Origin: Vicugna vicugna
Taxonomy: Eukaryota
Direction: 5' to 3'
Assembly: GCA_013265495.1 (NCBI GenBank)
Contig: MU058781.1
Coordinates: 7,265,324 to 7,299,576, forward strand
DNA: 34,253 nt
This document shows, in pieces, positions 33,632-34,253 of the stretch. The notes beneath the pieces were generated by a model that saw nothing but the letters and a program-made list of their open reading frames with translations, was not told the DNA's origin and did not search any database. The translations under genes and the position numbers were made by a program. Each line of letters begins with the position of its first letter. Within the stretch, counting starts at the first letter, position 1.

Positions 33632-34253
33632 TTTCTTTTTTTTGAACATTTTTTATTGATTTATAATCATTTTACAATGTTTTTCAAATTCCAGTGTTCA
33701 GCACAATTTTTCAGTCATTCATGGACATATACACACTCATTGTCACATCTTTTTCTGTTATTTATCATGACATTTTGTGTATATTTCCCTGTGCTATACA
33801 GTGTAATCTTGTTTATCTATTCTACAATTTTGAAATCCCAGTCTATCCCTTCCCACCCTCTACCCCCCTGGTAACCACAAGTCTGTATTCTCTGTCCATG
33901 AGTCTATTTCTGTCCTGTATTTATGCTTTGTTTTTGTTTGTTTGTTTTTTTTAGATTCCACATATGAGCGATCTCATGTGGTATTTTTCTTTCTCTTTCT
34001 GGCTTACTTCACTTAGAATGACATTCTCTAGGAGCATCCATGTTGCTGCAAATGGCATTATGTTGTCGGTTTTTATGGCTGAGTAGTATTCCATTGTATA
34101 AATATACCACCTCTTCTTTATCCAGTAGTGCAGGTGTTGAAGTAGATTTCCTTCTGGATATAAGCCCAGGAGTGGGATTCCTGGGTCATATGGTAAGTCT
34201 ATTCCTAGTCTTTTGAGGAATCTCCACACTGTTTTCCATAGTGGCTGGGCTGC
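33632..34253 (-). mobile_element. Young L1 3' end, same subfamily as 12709-13528; runs off the window
   Basis: Poly(T) then 3' UTR and ORF2 end near-identical to 12722-13350. Confidence 0.97.
33951..34229 (-). pseudogene. ORF2: L1 ORF2p C-terminal fragment with net 25-codon internal deletion
   Basis: [52 protein letters not shown] compared with the intact copy at 12979..13527. Confidence 0.9.

Noticed and set aside
1..34253. Non-LINE ORFs of 60-157 aa in the ORF track as host genes
   Set aside because: No recognisable domains; many start at non-ATG codons or overlap repeats and microsatellites; lengths are typical of chance ORFs.
1..34253. CRISPR array, operon or other prokaryote-type system
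   Set aside because: No regularly spaced repeats or dense coding; the repeat content is clearly mammalian.

Overview
Mammalian non-coding genomic DNA that is AT-rich, CpG-poor and dense in eutherian interspersed repeats: L1, HAL1, L2, CR1/L3, MIR, MLT1/MLT2 solo LTRs, MER5 and a Tigger1-derived MITE. The young L1 3' ends, the Tigger1 MITE and the absence of recognisable Alu/B1/Bov-tA/PRE-1/Can-SINE elements suggest an artiodactyl, most likely a camelid (inference from recalled consensus sequences, not a search). I recognise no host protein-coding exon, RNA gene or CRISPR array; the only ORFs with recognisable protein are LINE remnants. Almost all L1 pieces lie on the minus strand, suggesting an intron of a + strand gene. 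The most striking directly visible feature is a young 5'-truncated L1 (12709-13528) flanked by a perfect 53-bp direct repeat, far longer than a typical target-site duplication. Other items worth checking are several candidate enhancer motif clusters, a CpG-rich stretch able to fold into a three-way junction (19738-19799) and a few candidate cryptic exons. I found no support for a novel multi-gene system. Repeat subfamily names and the boundaries of old elements are approximate.
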